A stretch of DNA of 48,865 bases from Candidatus Levyibacteriota bacterium (GCA_027334565.1 DAHWUP010000005.1:1-48865); one strand, 5' to 3'; counted from the stretch's first letter, positions 9,329 to 19,144 are shown. A program made the numbers and translations. Notes: generated by a model from the letters alone, not told the origin.

Positions 9329-9865
9329 ATGGTCATCGGGATAGATATATCTCAATTGGCATACGAAAATACCGGGGTAGCTAATTACCTTGCTAAATTG
9401 GTCGGGAATTTGATTAGGAAGAATTCAGCAGATCGTTACATATTATTCTTTTCGTCTTTAAGAAGAAGTTTTCGATTCTCAATCTTAGATTTTCAATCAA
9501 TTCCCAAAAATGTAACAATAAGGCAATTCAAGCTGCCGCCGACCTTGCTTGATTTGCTTTGGAACAGGCTGCATATCCTGCCGGTAGAAAATTTTATCGG
9601 GGATGTAGACGTATTTATCACTTCCGACTGGACCGAGCCGCCGGTGAAAAATGCGAAAAAAGCGACCATCCTTTATGATCTAATTGTATATAAATATCCT
9701 CAAGAGACAGCAGGAAACATCGTTGAAACTCAGAAAAGAAAACTCAAATGGGTCAAAAAGGAATCAAACAGGGTTTTTTGCATATCGGAAAGTACAAAAA
9801 AAGACGCAATGGAGTTATTGGGAATAGATAAGCATAAATTGGAAGTAGTATATCCTGGATTATAA
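9329..9865 (+). CDS. GT4-type glycosyltransferase, N-terminal Rossmann domain only (truncated paralog, possible gene remnant)
   Basis: 178 aa. It aligns by eye with the N-terminal halves of the GT4 proteins at 9868 and 19151 (M.IGID..., ...VVYPG). It stops at the interdomain V.YPG motif and lacks the EX7E donor-binding domain. The next gene starts 2 nt later. Confidence 0.55.
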   Translation: MVIGIDISQLAYENTGVANYLAKLVGNLIRKNSADRYILFFSSLRRSFRFSILDFQSIPKNVTIRQFKLPPTLLDLLWNRLHILPVENFIGDVDVFITSDWTEPPVKNAKKATILYDLIVYKYPQETAGNIVETQKRKLKWVKKESNRVFCISESTKKDAMELLGIDKHKLEVVYPGL

Positions 9866-9867
9866 AT

Positions 9868-10989
9868 ATGAACATCGGAATTGACGGAAACGAAGCAAAT
9901 GTGGGGAAAAGAGTTGGTATCGGAGAATACGCCTTCGAATTGTTGTCGCAATTCGAACAATTATCAATTTCCAATTTGCAATTTACGATTTACCTGAAGG
10001 TCCCGCCACTAAGCCACATGCCAAAGGAAAGAGAAGGGTGGAGATATAAAGTCATCGGACCTAGTAAACTTTGGACCAGGTTTGCTCTTCCCTTGAGGTT
10101 ATTTTTATCGAACTCCAAACCGGATGTTTTCTTTACTCCCACCCATTATGCACCGCTTTTTAGTCCATGCCCGACGGCGATTTCTATAATGGATTTATCT
10201 TACTTACATTTTCCCGAATTGTTTGCCAAAAAAGACCTCTACCAGCTGACCAACTGGACCGGGCAGTCCGTAAAAAAAGCCAAGAAGATCTTTGCCATCA
10301 GTAAGTTCAGTAAGAATGATATAATTAACTCGTACAGAGTCAGGGACCGGGATGTGGTAGTGACATATCCGGGTATAAAAGCTAACAACTCAAATATTAA
10401 AACGCAAAACATGGATATTCTAAAAAAGAAATATAAACTGGACCGGCCTTATATCCTCTTCGTCGGCACACTGCAGCCAAGGAAAAACATCGTCAAACTG
10501 ATCGAGGCGTTTTCCAAGCTTGATAAAAAAGACATCGACCTTGTAGTCGTCGGGAAAAAGGGCTGGCTATACGAAGATATCCTTGCGGCCCCAGGGAAAT
10601 TCGGAGTTTTGGAAAGGGTAAAATTTTTGGATTTTGTCCGGGACGAGGAGCTGCCGTTGTTTTACAGACACGCCTTATGTTTTGTTATGCCATCGCTTTA
10701 CGAAGGATTCGGGTTGCCGGTTTTGGAAGCGATGCGCGAAGGCTGTCCGGTTCTGGCAAGCGACGTATCAAGTTTGCCCGAAGCCGGAGGAGATGCGGCT
10801 TTATATTTTAACCCCGGGGATGTTTCGGATATCGCCGCAAAAATTGAAAGGGTTATAGGAGACGAGGATTTACGAAAAGAAATGGTAGAAAAAGGCTACA
10901 AGCAGATCAAAAAATTTTCCTGGGAAAAAGCTGCCGGGGAAACGCTTAAAGTTTTACAGAAATTAGGGGAGGGGGAGTTAACGGGTTAA
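9868..10989 (+). CDS. glycosyltransferase family 4 (GT-B, group 1)
   Basis: 373 aa. Contains LFVGTLQPRKN and PSLYEGFGLPVLEAMREGCPVLASDVSSLPE (EX7E region). Confidence 0.9.
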   Translation: MNIGIDGNEANVGKRVGIGEYAFELLSQFEQLSISNLQFTIYLKVPPLSHMPKEREGWRYKVIGPSKLWTRFALPLRLFLSNSKPDVFFTPTHYAPLFSPCPTAISIMDLSYLHFPELFAKKDLYQLTNWTGQSVKKAKKIFAISKFSKNDIINSYRVRDRDVVVTYPGIKANNSNIKTQNMDILKKKYKLDRPYILFVGTLQPRKNIVKLIEAFSKLDKKDIDLVVVGKKGWLYEDILAAPGKFGVLERVKFLDFVRDEELPLFYRHALCFVMPSLYEGFGLPVLEAMREGCPVLASDVSSLPEAGGDAALYFNPGDVSDIAAKIERVIGDEDLRKEMVEKGYKQIKKFSWEKAAGETLKVLQKLGEGELTG

Positions 10990-11009
10990 TTATTAACGGG
11001 ACATAAATT

Positions 11010-11573
11010 ATGAGTAGAGTGATAAGAAGAATTAAAACGGTGTTTTGGGAACTTATTTGTTTTAAGCTGGCGTTAACCGGAAAGATTCCTTCGCACTTTG
11101 TCAGGCGTTTTGTCTACAGGTTCTGGGGAATAAAAATCGGAAGCGGTTCGACTATCCATACGGGAGCTACATTTTACTATCCGCCCAATATTTTTATAGG
11201 TAATGATACCATTATCGGCGAGGAAGCGGTTTTGGACGGGAGGGATAAGCTGACCATCGGCAGTCACGTCGATATCGCATCCGAAGTGATGATTTATAAC
11301 TCCGAGCATAATATCAACGAAGAAAATTTCGCCGGCGTAGAGCAGGCGGTTAAAGCACCCGTGGTGATCGAGGATTACGTTTTTGTCGGCCCGCGGGCGA
11401 TAATCTTACCCGGTGTGACAATCCATAAGGGAGCGGTTATAGGAGCCGGAGCGGTGGTGACAAAGGACGTTGGGCAATTTAAGGTGGTTGGGGGAGTCCC
11501 GGCAAAAGAGATCGGCGAAAGAACGAACAAAAACCCCAATTACACCTTAGGCCGCGCAGCCTGGTTTAGGTAA
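11010..11573 (+). CDS. hexapeptide-repeat (LbH) sugar O-acetyltransferase, WcaF/WbbJ-like
   Basis: 187 aa. Contains imperfect hexapeptide repeats (IGSGSTIHTGATF, IGNDTIIGEEAVL, IGSHVDIASEVMI, VGPRAIILPGVTIHKGAVIGAGAVV). Confidence 0.85.
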   Translation: MSRVIRRIKTVFWELICFKLALTGKIPSHFVRRFVYRFWGIKIGSGSTIHTGATFYYPPNIFIGNDTIIGEEAVLDGRDKLTIGSHVDIASEVMIYNSEHNINEENFAGVEQAVKAPVVIEDYVFVGPRAIILPGVTIHKGAVIGAGAVVTKDVGQFKVVGGVPAKEIGERTNKNPNYTLGRAAWFR

Positions 11574-11575
11574 TC

Positions 11576-12439
11576 ATGGAACTATCGATAATCATTTTAA
11601 ATTACAGGACCAAAGATTTGACTTTGGCCTGCATCGACTCGATCGTTAGTCAGTACAGCCGAGAGCTTGAAAGCGGAAGATTCGAGATAGTCCTGGTTGA
11701 CAATAATTCCCAGGATGACAGCGTCGAAGCTTTTAAAAAACTAAAGGTTCCGGGTTTAAGACTTATCGAAAGTAAGGAAAATACCGGTTTTTCCAGAGGC
11801 TGCAATCTGGGGGCAAAAGGCGCCAAGGGGGAGTTTTTATTGTTTTTAAACTCCGATACCGAAGTCAAGGACCAGGGTTTTATCAATATGCTGCGTTATT
11901 TTGATGACCGGAAGAATCTGGGAATTTTGGGAGCAAAATTAAAAAACGAAGACGGTACCAACCAAATGTCGAGCGGTAAATTTTATAATTTATTTAACTT
12001 ATTTCTGATGCTGTTCGGATTCAACAGCATGATCAGGGAAAGCCCCGATCGGATAAAAAAAGTCGATTGGGTTTCGGGAGCGGCCTTGATGATCAAAAGA
12101 AGCGTGTTTAAAAAACTTGGAGGGTTCGACAGGAATATTTTTATGTACCTTGAGGACATGGAGCTTTGTTACCGCGCCAGGTTAAGAAACCTCGATACTT
12201 ATTTTTATCCCGACATCATGCTTTTCCATAAAGAAGGCAGAAGTTCGGGCAGGACCTTTGCGATAGTAAACATTTATAAAAGCATGCTTATCTTTTACAA
12301 TAAACACAAAAGCAGGTCCGAATACCGTACGGCAAGATTCATGCTCAAATCGAAAGCTTTGGTGCTTGTAGTTTTGGGGAAAATACTCAATAATAAGTAC
12401 TTATTGACTACCTATTCTCAATGTCTTGACGGTTTATGA
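11576..12439 (+). CDS. glycosyltransferase family 2
   Basis: 287 aa. Contains IIILNYRT, VDNNSQDDS, NTGFSRGCNLG, FLNSDTEV and FMYLEDMELCYR. Confidence 0.9.
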   Translation: MELSIIILNYRTKDLTLACIDSIVSQYSRELESGRFEIVLVDNNSQDDSVEAFKKLKVPGLRLIESKENTGFSRGCNLGAKGAKGEFLLFLNSDTEVKDQGFINMLRYFDDRKNLGILGAKLKNEDGTNQMSSGKFYNLFNLFLMLFGFNSMIRESPDRIKKVDWVSGAALMIKRSVFKKLGGFDRNIFMYLEDMELCYRARLRNLDTYFYPDIMLFHKEGRSSGRTFAIVNIYKSMLIFYNKHKSRSEYRTARFMLKSKALVLVVLGKILNNKYLLTTYSQCLDGL

Positions 12440-15400
12440 GTAAACTTTGGGCAAAAATAAAAGAAAATATTCTATTCATCGAAACCTTGATCCTTTTGGC
12501 GTTCATACCGCTTTATCCAAAACTGCCCCTTATCAATGTCCGCAATACCTGGGTTTATATAAGAGCCGAGGATTTTTTGATCGTCGTAGTTTTGCTAACG
12601 TGGTTTATCCTTTTATTTAAGAAAAAGGTCAGCCTAAAAACCCCTTTGACGATTCCGATTTTCATCTTTTGGTTGGTCGGCGCAATCGCTACTTTCAACG
12701 GGATTTTGTTTATTTTTCCAAGTCTTGCCAATGTTTTTCCAAACGTCGCTTTTTTAACCCTGCTTCGGCACATCGAATATTTGAGTTTGTTCTTTGTCGC
12801 TTTTGCCGCGATGAAAAACCGCAGTTTCTTGCGCTACGTGTCTATTACTCTGATTTTAACTTTGATAGGTGTGATAATTTACGGCGCCGGGCAGAAATAC
12901 CTGGGTTTTCCGGCTTTTCTTACCAGTAACGAAGAGTTCGCCAAAGGAATTCCCATTCAGTTATCGCAACTGTCAAGGGTTCCCTCGACCTTTGCCGGAC
13001 AGTATGACCTGGCGGCGTACCTTGTTATCATCATCCCGATTTTGGTCAGCCTTATCTTCGGTCTTAAAAACTGGCTGGTGAGGATATTTTTGACTATCGT
13101 CACAATTGCCTCTTTTGTCCTTTTGTTCTGGACCGTGTCGCGTGTATCCTTTTTTGCGGTTCTGGCAGCGCTTTTTATAGTTCTTTTGTTTCAAAAGAGA
13201 AAGCTGGCGATAGCATCGGCTCTCGTGATATTGGTCGGGGCGGCTGTACTTTTAACCATAAAACCGGCACTTTTGGACAGGTTCAAAAGTACGGTATCCC
13301 AAACGGACGTTCTGGTCGATGCTCAAACCGGCGACGCGGTCGGTAACGTAAGGTTCGTCCCCAATACTTTTTTCAAGGATAAGCTGGTTTTGCAAAGGCG
13401 CGTTTCCAACGAAAGCGAGCTTGTAAATCAGCTGGCCGGCCAGGCCGGTGCTCCTTCGGCGTCGCTTTCTGCGGTTTTGCCGTTTGAACTTATCCCTCCG
13501 CAGGCGCCGTTGGTTGAAGCGGCCAATCTGTCTACCGGCGAAAATCTTCCCCAAGGCACGGGTTATATCAATCTGACGCTGTCTCCTGTGGTTGAGCGCG
13601 TAGATAATTTCTTCTATGAATTTCCACCGAACGTTAAGGCCTCGATGTCCGCACAATTCATCATCTTGCACGGTAATTTCATTATAAAAAGGGCGGCGGC
13701 TTACGATCTGTCGTTTACCACCAGATTCCAGGGCGAATGGCCCGTGGCTCTTGGCGCCTTTACCAGGAATATACCTACTGGAAGCGGTTACGGTTCGGTC
13801 ACTTTAGCGGTTGACAATAATTATTTAAGGATCTTGGGCGAGACGGGACTACTCGGGTTTTTAGCGTTTCTGATACTGTTTATTTCATATGGCATCTATC
13901 TTAAGCGGTCGTGGAAAGAACTTTTGCCGGGCCTAGAAAAAAGCTTTATCGTCGGATTCTCCGCCGGAATCGCGGGACTGGCGATCAACGCAAGCCTGAT
14001 AGATGTTTACGAGTCCTCCAAAATCGCTTATCTTCTATGGATGCTCATGGGTATAAGTTTCGGTATTTTCGTTTTGAGCTTAAAGCAAAAATTGGACCTT
14101 TTTAGCGAAATCAAAAAGGTTGCCACTTCGACCTGGGCGGTGATAGTTTATATCTTCGCACTGACCGGAGTTTTATATTATCAGATAATCAACAATTTCT
14201 TCATCGGTGACGATTTCACCTGGCTACGCTGGGCCGCACAACCGCCCGTTAACCTTTTGTCCTACTTTATCAATTCCCAAGGATTTTTCTATCGTCCGGG
14301 CACCAAACTTTATTTTTATCTTATGTATCATTTCTTCTGGCTCAATCCGTTGGCCTACCATCTTGTTTCGGTCGGACTGCATTTCTTGGTTGCCGTTTTG
14401 TTTTACCTTCTGGCCGCTAAAATATTCAAGAACAAATTGTTGTCGTTTTTATCCGCCTTCCTGTTTTTGGTGATGAGCGGGTACACCGAAATGGTCTTTT
14501 GGATCGCCGCCACAGGACATCTGATTAGTATTGTATTGGGGCTTTTAGGATTACTGCTTTTTTTGAAATGGGAGGAGAAAAGAAATGTTTTCTATTACCT
14601 TGGTGCGTTTGTTTCGTTCGCACTGACCCTGTTATTTTACGAACTTGGGATGGTGTTGCCGCTTCTTATCCTGGTCTTTAAGGCCAAGGACGGACTAAAG
14701 GATGCGTTAAATACCCTTCGCAGCAAACACTTCCTGGCTTTTTATCTTCCCGTTGCGCTGTATTTGGTGATCAGATTTTTTTCCAACAGCCAGTGGTTCA
14801 GCGGTGACTACAGCTATAATCTTTTGAAATTACCGTTTAACGTTGTCGGTAATATCCTGGGGTATCTGGCTTTGATCATTATCGGTCCCAACGCACTGGG
14901 TATTTACGAAAAATTACGAAGCGTCGGAAGGGATAACCTGATTTTGTCCGCTTTGGTAACCGTCGTCGCCTTGGTGCTATTGTATTATGCCTTTAAATTC
15001 CTGCGAAAGTTTTTTGATAAAGACGAAAAAAAGATCATGCTGTTCGGATTTTTGTTTTTCGTGGTGGCGCTTTTACCGTTTTTGGGTCTTGGGGATATCA
15101 CCCCAAGGTACAGTTATCTTGCAACCCTTGGAATCATCCCTATTTTGGTGATGCTCATTCATAAGGTTTACCGCTATCTTCTTGTAAACGGACGGGAAAT
15201 TGCGGTCATGTCGATGACGATCGTCATAATGATCTATTCGCTTTTCCAGATAATTTCGGTCGAACAGACGGCGGCAGACTGGGCCGGAGCATCGGTCATG
15301 GTAAACAATTTCCTGGTTTCTTTTGACTCCCAATATAGTAACTACTGGCAAAGCGAGCCGGTTTCGTTCCATTTTGTCGATGTACCCATAAAATACGGAC

Positions 15401-15597
15401 AGTCCTGGGTATTTCCGGTCGGTCTTCCCGACGCGGTCTGGTTTGCGGTCAAAAACGACAATGCCAAAATTTATATCGACCCGAATTTAACCCAGGCATT
15501 GGAGGAGGTCGGTAATTCAAGCTCCGACAGGATTTTCGTTTTTCAAAGTGACGGCAGCCTTAAGGCGGTTGGCACAAGGTTACTTTCCAATAAATAA
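12436..15597 (+). CDS. fusion membrane protein: N-terminal O-antigen ligase/polymerase-like (Wzy_C-like) domain plus C-terminal GT-C-like module
   Basis: 1053-aa uninterrupted ORF, ATGA-coupled. WTVSRVSFFAVLAAL and AVDNNYLRILGETGLLGF blocks flank a roughly 170-aa non-hydrophobic loop. After about residue 560 a second multi-TM module opens with FFIGDDFTWLRW (GAC GAT at 14209-14214). Confidence 0.65.
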   Translation: MSKLWAKIKENILFIETLILLAFIPLYPKLPLINVRNTWVYIRAEDFLIVVVLLTWFILLFKKKVSLKTPLTIPIFIFWLVGAIATFNGILFIFPSLANVFPNVAFLTLLRHIEYLSLFFVAFAAMKNRSFLRYVSITLILTLIGVIIYGAGQKYLGFPAFLTSNEEFAKGIPIQLSQLSRVPSTFAGQYDLAAYLVIIIPILVSLIFGLKNWLVRIFLTIVTIASFVLLFWTVSRVSFFAVLAALFIVLLFQKRKLAIASALVILVGAAVLLTIKPALLDRFKSTVSQTDVLVDAQTGDAVGNVRFVPNTFFKDKLVLQRRVSNESELVNQLAGQAGAPSASLSAVLPFELIPPQAPLVEAANLSTGENLPQGTGYINLTLSPVVERVDNFFYEFPPNVKASMSAQFIILHGNFIIKRAAAYDLSFTTRFQGEWPVALGAFTRNIPTGSGYGSVTLAVDNNYLRILGETGLLGFLAFLILFISYGIYLKRSWKELLPGLEKSFIVGFSAGIAGLAINASLIDVYESSKIAYLLWMLMGISFGIFVLSLKQKLDLFSEIKKVATSTWAVIVYIFALTGVLYYQIINNFFIGDDFTWLRWAAQPPVNLLSYFINSQGFFYRPGTKLYFYLMYHFFWLNPLAYHLVSVGLHFLVAVLFYLLAAKIFKNKLLSFLSAFLFLVMSGYTEMVFWIAATGHLISIVLGLLGLLLFLKWEEKRNVFYYLGAFVSFALTLLFYELGMVLPLLILVFKAKDGLKDALNTLRSKHFLAFYLPVALYLVIRFFSNSQWFSGDYSYNLLKLPFNVVGNILGYLALIIIGPNALGIYEKLRSVGRDNLILSALVTVVALVLLYYAFKFLRKFFDKDEKKIMLFGFLFFVVALLPFLGLGDITPRYSYLATLGIIPILVMLIHKVYRYLLVNGREIAVMSMTIVIMIYSLFQIISVEQTAADWAGASVMVNNFLVSFDSQYSNYWQSEPVSFHFVDVPIKYGQSWVFPVGLPDAVWFAVKNDNAKIYIDPNLTQALEEVGNSSSDRIFVFQSDGSLKAVGTRLLSNK

Positions 15598-15599
15598 TC

Positions 15600-17072
15600 G
15601 TGACTTTTAAAATAAGCAAAAAGCTTGAAATAGCCATATTCGTAATAATTTTCCTGCTCGGGTTTTTGGTACGTTTATACAGGTTCAACAATCCGATAGC
15701 GGATTGGCATTCCTGGCGCCAGTCCGATACTTCGGCGGTATCCAGAAATTTTGTCCGGTTTGGTTTTGATGTTCTTCATCCTAAGTTCGAGGATATTTCA
15801 AACGTCGCTTCGGGTCTTGACAATCCCAACGGATACCGCTTTGTCGAATTCCCGATTTATAACGTGCTGCAGGCGGCAGGATACAAATACATCGGCGTCT
15901 TAACGCTTGAAGAGTGGGGAAGACTGGTGACCATCATCGATTCGCTTATCTCGGCAGGATTTCTTTTGCTCATTGTTAAAAAAAGATTCGGAAAAGCTGC
16001 CGGATACCTGTCCGCATTTTTCTTTTTATTTTTGCCGTTTAATATTTATTATTCAAGAACGATTTTGCCCGATCCTTCGATGGTCACAACGGTTTTAGGA
16101 GCTACTTATTTTTTTGATAAATGGCTTTCAAACGGTTTGAAGCATAGGAGGTTAAGCGTAAATTACTGGAAATATTTTGTACTTTCGTTGTTTTTGATGA
16201 CGGTTTCGCTTCTTTTAAAGCCTTACGCATTGTTCTTTACCTTGCCGCTCATCTATCTCTCGTTTGAGACATTCGGTATCAAGTTCATGTTCAAGTGGCA
16301 GTTATGGTTATTTTTAATAATTTCCGTGACCCCGTTGGCGCTTTGGCGTATCTGGATGCTTAAATACCCCGAAGGAATTCCGGCCTCATCGTGGCTTTTT
16401 AACGGTAACGGCATCAGATTCAGGCCCGCTTTTTTCCGCTGGATCTTTTACGAACGGCTGACCAAATTGATCCTGGGCTTTTTCGGTGATATCTTTCTGG
16501 TGTTTGCCTTTGTCAAAAAATATAAAACATCTGATCTTTTGTTTTTACTCTCCTTTGTTGCCTCATCTTTGATTTATGTCTGCGTTTTGGCGACCGGCAA
16601 CGTCCAGCATGATTACTACCAGATCCTGGTCGTTCCTACCATAGCCATGATTTTGGCTTTGGGTTCGTTAAGTCTGATCACTTATTTCAATCGCAAGAAG
16701 CCTAACTTTGGAGTTGGCGTGTTTGTTTTGGTGACCGCGCTTACCCTCTACTTTGGCTGGGGTCAGGTCGAAGGTTATTTTAACATCAACAATCCCTCGA
16801 TAGTGATCGCCGGTGAGGCGGTCGACAAACTTACCCCCAAAAACGCAAAGGTCATTGCCAACTACGACGGGGATACCTCCTTTCTCTACCAAACCAAACG
16901 AAACGGCTGGGCAAGTTTTGAGAAGCCCTTGCCTGTTATGATCAACGATCTGGGAGCGGATTACCTGGTGCTTGCCAATCCCACACGGGTTGATTTAGGA
17001 TTAGGGAAAACCTATAAAATCATAAAGCTTACCAAACAATACGTTATTTTTAATTTACGGGAAAAACCATGA
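15600..17072 (+). CDS. GT-C glycosyltransferase, family 39/83-like (ArnT/PMT-like)
   Basis: 490 aa with a GTG start. The first loop carries ADWHSWRQSDTSAVSRNF, the W-R-Q-x-D-T pattern I associate with ArnT/PMT_2-type enzymes. It has about 11 further TM helices and a short C-terminal soluble domain. Confidence 0.75.
   Translation: MTFKISKKLEIAIFVIIFLLGFLVRLYRFNNPIADWHSWRQSDTSAVSRNFVRFGFDVLHPKFEDISNVASGLDNPNGYRFVEFPIYNVLQAAGYKYIGVLTLEEWGRLVTIIDSLISAGFLLLIVKKRFGKAAGYLSAFFFLFLPFNIYYSRTILPDPSMVTTVLGATYFFDKWLSNGLKHRRLSVNYWKYFVLSLFLMTVSLLLKPYALFFTLPLIYLSFETFGIKFMFKWQLWLFLIISVTPLALWRIWMLKYPEGIPASSWLFNGNGIRFRPAFFRWIFYERLTKLILGFFGDIFLVFAFVKKYKTSDLLFLLSFVASSLIYVCVLATGNVQHDYYQILVVPTIAMILALGSLSLITYFNRKKPNFGVGVFVLVTALTLYFGWGQVEGYFNINNPSIVIAGEAVDKLTPKNAKVIANYDGDTSFLYQTKRNGWASFEKPLPVMINDLGADYLVLANPTRVDLGLGKTYKIIKLTKQYVIFNLREKP
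16990..17018 (+). promoter_or_regulatory. candidate internal promoter TTGATT-17-TATAAA, preceded by ACGGG
   Basis: TTGATT at 16990-16995, a 17-nt spacer, then TATAAA at 17013-17018. It lies inside the 3' end of the GT-C gene, 50 nt upstream of the next ATG (17069). Confidence 0.3.
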
Positions 17073-18256
17073 GAGTTTTAGTAGTGTCGTCGTTTCTACC
17101 CTTTCCTTTAACGTCGGGCGGAAATATAAGACTTTACAATTTGATAAAGCATTTGTCCAAACGCCACCGGATCACTTTGATTTGCGAGAAAAGAGACAAT
17201 CAAACACAGGAAGACGTTTTGGAAGTTGAGAAAATTTGCGAAAAAGTACTTTGGGTAAGACGGAAAAGGCAGTGGAGTGTTAGAAACATTTTAAAAACGG
17301 GATTTTCTTTGAACCCTTTTTTGATCACCGGACACACCAGCGAAGAAATGAGACTTGCGATCGCCGATGAGCTGGTCAGAAATCCTTACGAACTGATACA
17401 TGTAGAGACCTTTTACGTTTTTCAAAATCTTCCCAAGGTAAAGATCCCGGTGGTTTTGGTAGAACATAATATCGAATATCTGGTTTATGGGCGTTTCGCC
17501 AAACTGGCCAATCCGTTATTAAGACCCCTTTTATACCTCGATGTTGCAAAGTTAAAGAAAAAAGAAAAAGCGGCGTGGCAGCTGGCTGACAGGGTGGTTG
17601 CGGTATCCAATACAGAGAAAAGACTGATGAAGCTGCCCGAAGTTTCGGTGGTTCCAAACGGCGTAGATACGAACGAATTTCCTTTCCGCGATTTTTCCGA
17701 AGTTTTGCGCGAGAAACGGGTGCTTTTTATCGGAGACTACAAGTGGATGCAAAACCGTGACGCGGTTGAGCTGATCATAAAAGAGATCTGGCCGCAAATC
17801 ACCGACAAGTTTAAAGAAGAGGGAAAAGAACCGGAGCTTAAGCTTTGGATAGTAGGCAAGAATATGCCCGGTTATTTCAGGCGCTTTGAAGACAAGAGCA
17901 TTTTTTTCGACTTTAACAATAAAGACGAGACCCCAAGGATTTACCGGAATGCATATATCCTGCTGGCTCCGCTTAGGGCGGCCGGGGGAACAAGTTATAA
18001 GATTTTGGAAAGTTTTGCTTCAGGCACCGCTGTCGTGACCACCGGTTTGGGCGCGGAGGGTTTGGAAGCCAAGAACGGACTGCATTTGTTGTACTCAGAC
18101 AGCGCTTCGGAACTTGCCGATTACGTATATAACCTTACCTTTGACCATAGTTTATATAAAAAAATAACTTTAAACGCCAGGAAATTTGTGGAAAGTCATT
18201 ACAACTGGGAGGTCATTGCCTCAAAACTTGAGGAGGTGTATCTTTCCTGTCTTTAA
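17069..18256 (+). CDS. glycosyltransferase family 4 (GT-B)
   Basis: 395 aa. Contains SGGNIRLYNLIKHLSKRH in the N-domain and AAGGTSYKILESFASGTAVVTT in the donor-binding region. ATGA-coupled. Confidence 0.85.
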   Translation: MRVLVVSSFLPFPLTSGGNIRLYNLIKHLSKRHRITLICEKRDNQTQEDVLEVEKICEKVLWVRRKRQWSVRNILKTGFSLNPFLITGHTSEEMRLAIADELVRNPYELIHVETFYVFQNLPKVKIPVVLVEHNIEYLVYGRFAKLANPLLRPLLYLDVAKLKKKEKAAWQLADRVVAVSNTEKRLMKLPEVSVVPNGVDTNEFPFRDFSEVLREKRVLFIGDYKWMQNRDAVELIIKEIWPQITDKFKEEGKEPELKLWIVGKNMPGYFRRFEDKSIFFDFNNKDETPRIYRNAYILLAPLRAAGGTSYKILESFASGTAVVTTGLGAEGLEAKNGLHLLYSDSASELADYVYNLTFDHSLYKKITLNARKFVESHYNWEVIASKLEEVYLSCL

Positions 18257-18259
18257 AAT

Positions 18260-19138
18260 ATGGATTTGTCCGTAATTATCGTATCTTATAACACAAAAGA
18301 GGTTTTAAAAAAATGCATCGGGTCGATTTATGCGAACGTGACCGGAATTAAATTCGAGGTGATAGTGGTGGATAACGCTTCGGCCGACGGTACGGGTAAG
18401 GAGCTTTCAAAGCTAAATCACCCAAACTATAAATATATCCAAAACAATGATAATCTGGGATTTTCCAAGGCCAATAACGTCGGGATCAAACGGTCAAGCG
18501 GTCGATACGTGCTGTTTTTAAACCCCGATACCCTGGTGCATAAAAACACCCTTTCGGAAATGCTTAAGTTTATGGAAAAAACGCCCGACTGCGGGGCTTC
18601 GACCTGCAAAGTGGTTCTGCCGAACGGAGAAATCGACGATTCGTGCCACCGCGGTTTTCCCACACCTTGGAACGCTTTTACCCACTTTTCTGGGCTTTCA
18701 AAACTTTTTCCAAAATCAATGATCTTTAACGGGTATAACATGGGCTATCTGGATTTAACCAAGACGCATGAGATTGATGCTTTGGCCGGTTCTTTCATGT
18801 TCGTCAGGCGAAAAGCCGGCGATGAAGCAGGCTGGTGGGACGAAGACTATTTTTTTTACGGCGAAGACCTGGATTTTTGTTACCAACTTTGGCAAAAGGG
18901 CTGGAAAATCTACTATTATCCGCACGTGATTTTAACGCATCTTAAGGGGGTGTCCGGCGGGATCAAGAAGATCTCCAAAGAAATCACTACCGCCGATGAG
19001 GAAACAAGAATCAGGGCGACCAGATCAAGGTTCAACGCAATGCGTATTTTTTACAAAAAACATTACGAGGCAAAATATCCGTGGATAGTTACACGGTTGG
19101 TTTATCTCGGAATATCGATAAAACAAACCCTTTCCTGA
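18260..19138 (+). CDS. glycosyltransferase family 2
   Basis: 292 aa. Contains VIIVSYNT, VVDNASADGT, NLGFSKANNVG, FLNPDT and FFYGEDLDFCYQ. Confidence 0.9.
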   Translation: MDLSVIIVSYNTKEVLKKCIGSIYANVTGIKFEVIVVDNASADGTGKELSKLNHPNYKYIQNNDNLGFSKANNVGIKRSSGRYVLFLNPDTLVHKNTLSEMLKFMEKTPDCGASTCKVVLPNGEIDDSCHRGFPTPWNAFTHFSGLSKLFPKSMIFNGYNMGYLDLTKTHEIDALAGSFMFVRRKAGDEAGWWDEDYFFYGEDLDFCYQLWQKGWKIYYYPHVILTHLKGVSGGIKKISKEITTADEETRIRATRSRFNAMRIFYKKHYEAKYPWIVTRLVYLGISIKQTLS

Positions 19139-19144
19139 TATAAT
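19136..19144 (+). promoter_or_regulatory. perfect extended -10 (TGATATAAT) 6 nt upstream of ATG 19151
   Basis: The TGA stop of the upstream gene supplies the TG. TATAAT is at 19139-19144, followed by agcctc and then ATG. There is no Shine-Dalgarno sequence. This is consistent with a leaderless transcript. Confidence 0.4.

Noticed and set aside
9305-9333. TTGACG-17-TATGGT as the promoter of the truncated GT4 ORF
   Set aside because: The putative -10 overlaps the only available ATG (9329) and no downstream in-frame Met exists. It therefore cannot drive that ORF as annotated. It is kept only as part of the ACGGGTT repeat observation.
13252-13671. 139-aa Arg-rich ORF antisense to the 1053-aa membrane protein, and similar antisense ORFs at 25714..26115, 35095..35565 and 46758..47222
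   Set aside because: All lie within confidently assigned genes on the other strand. Their composition-driven open frames lack any motif or translation signal.
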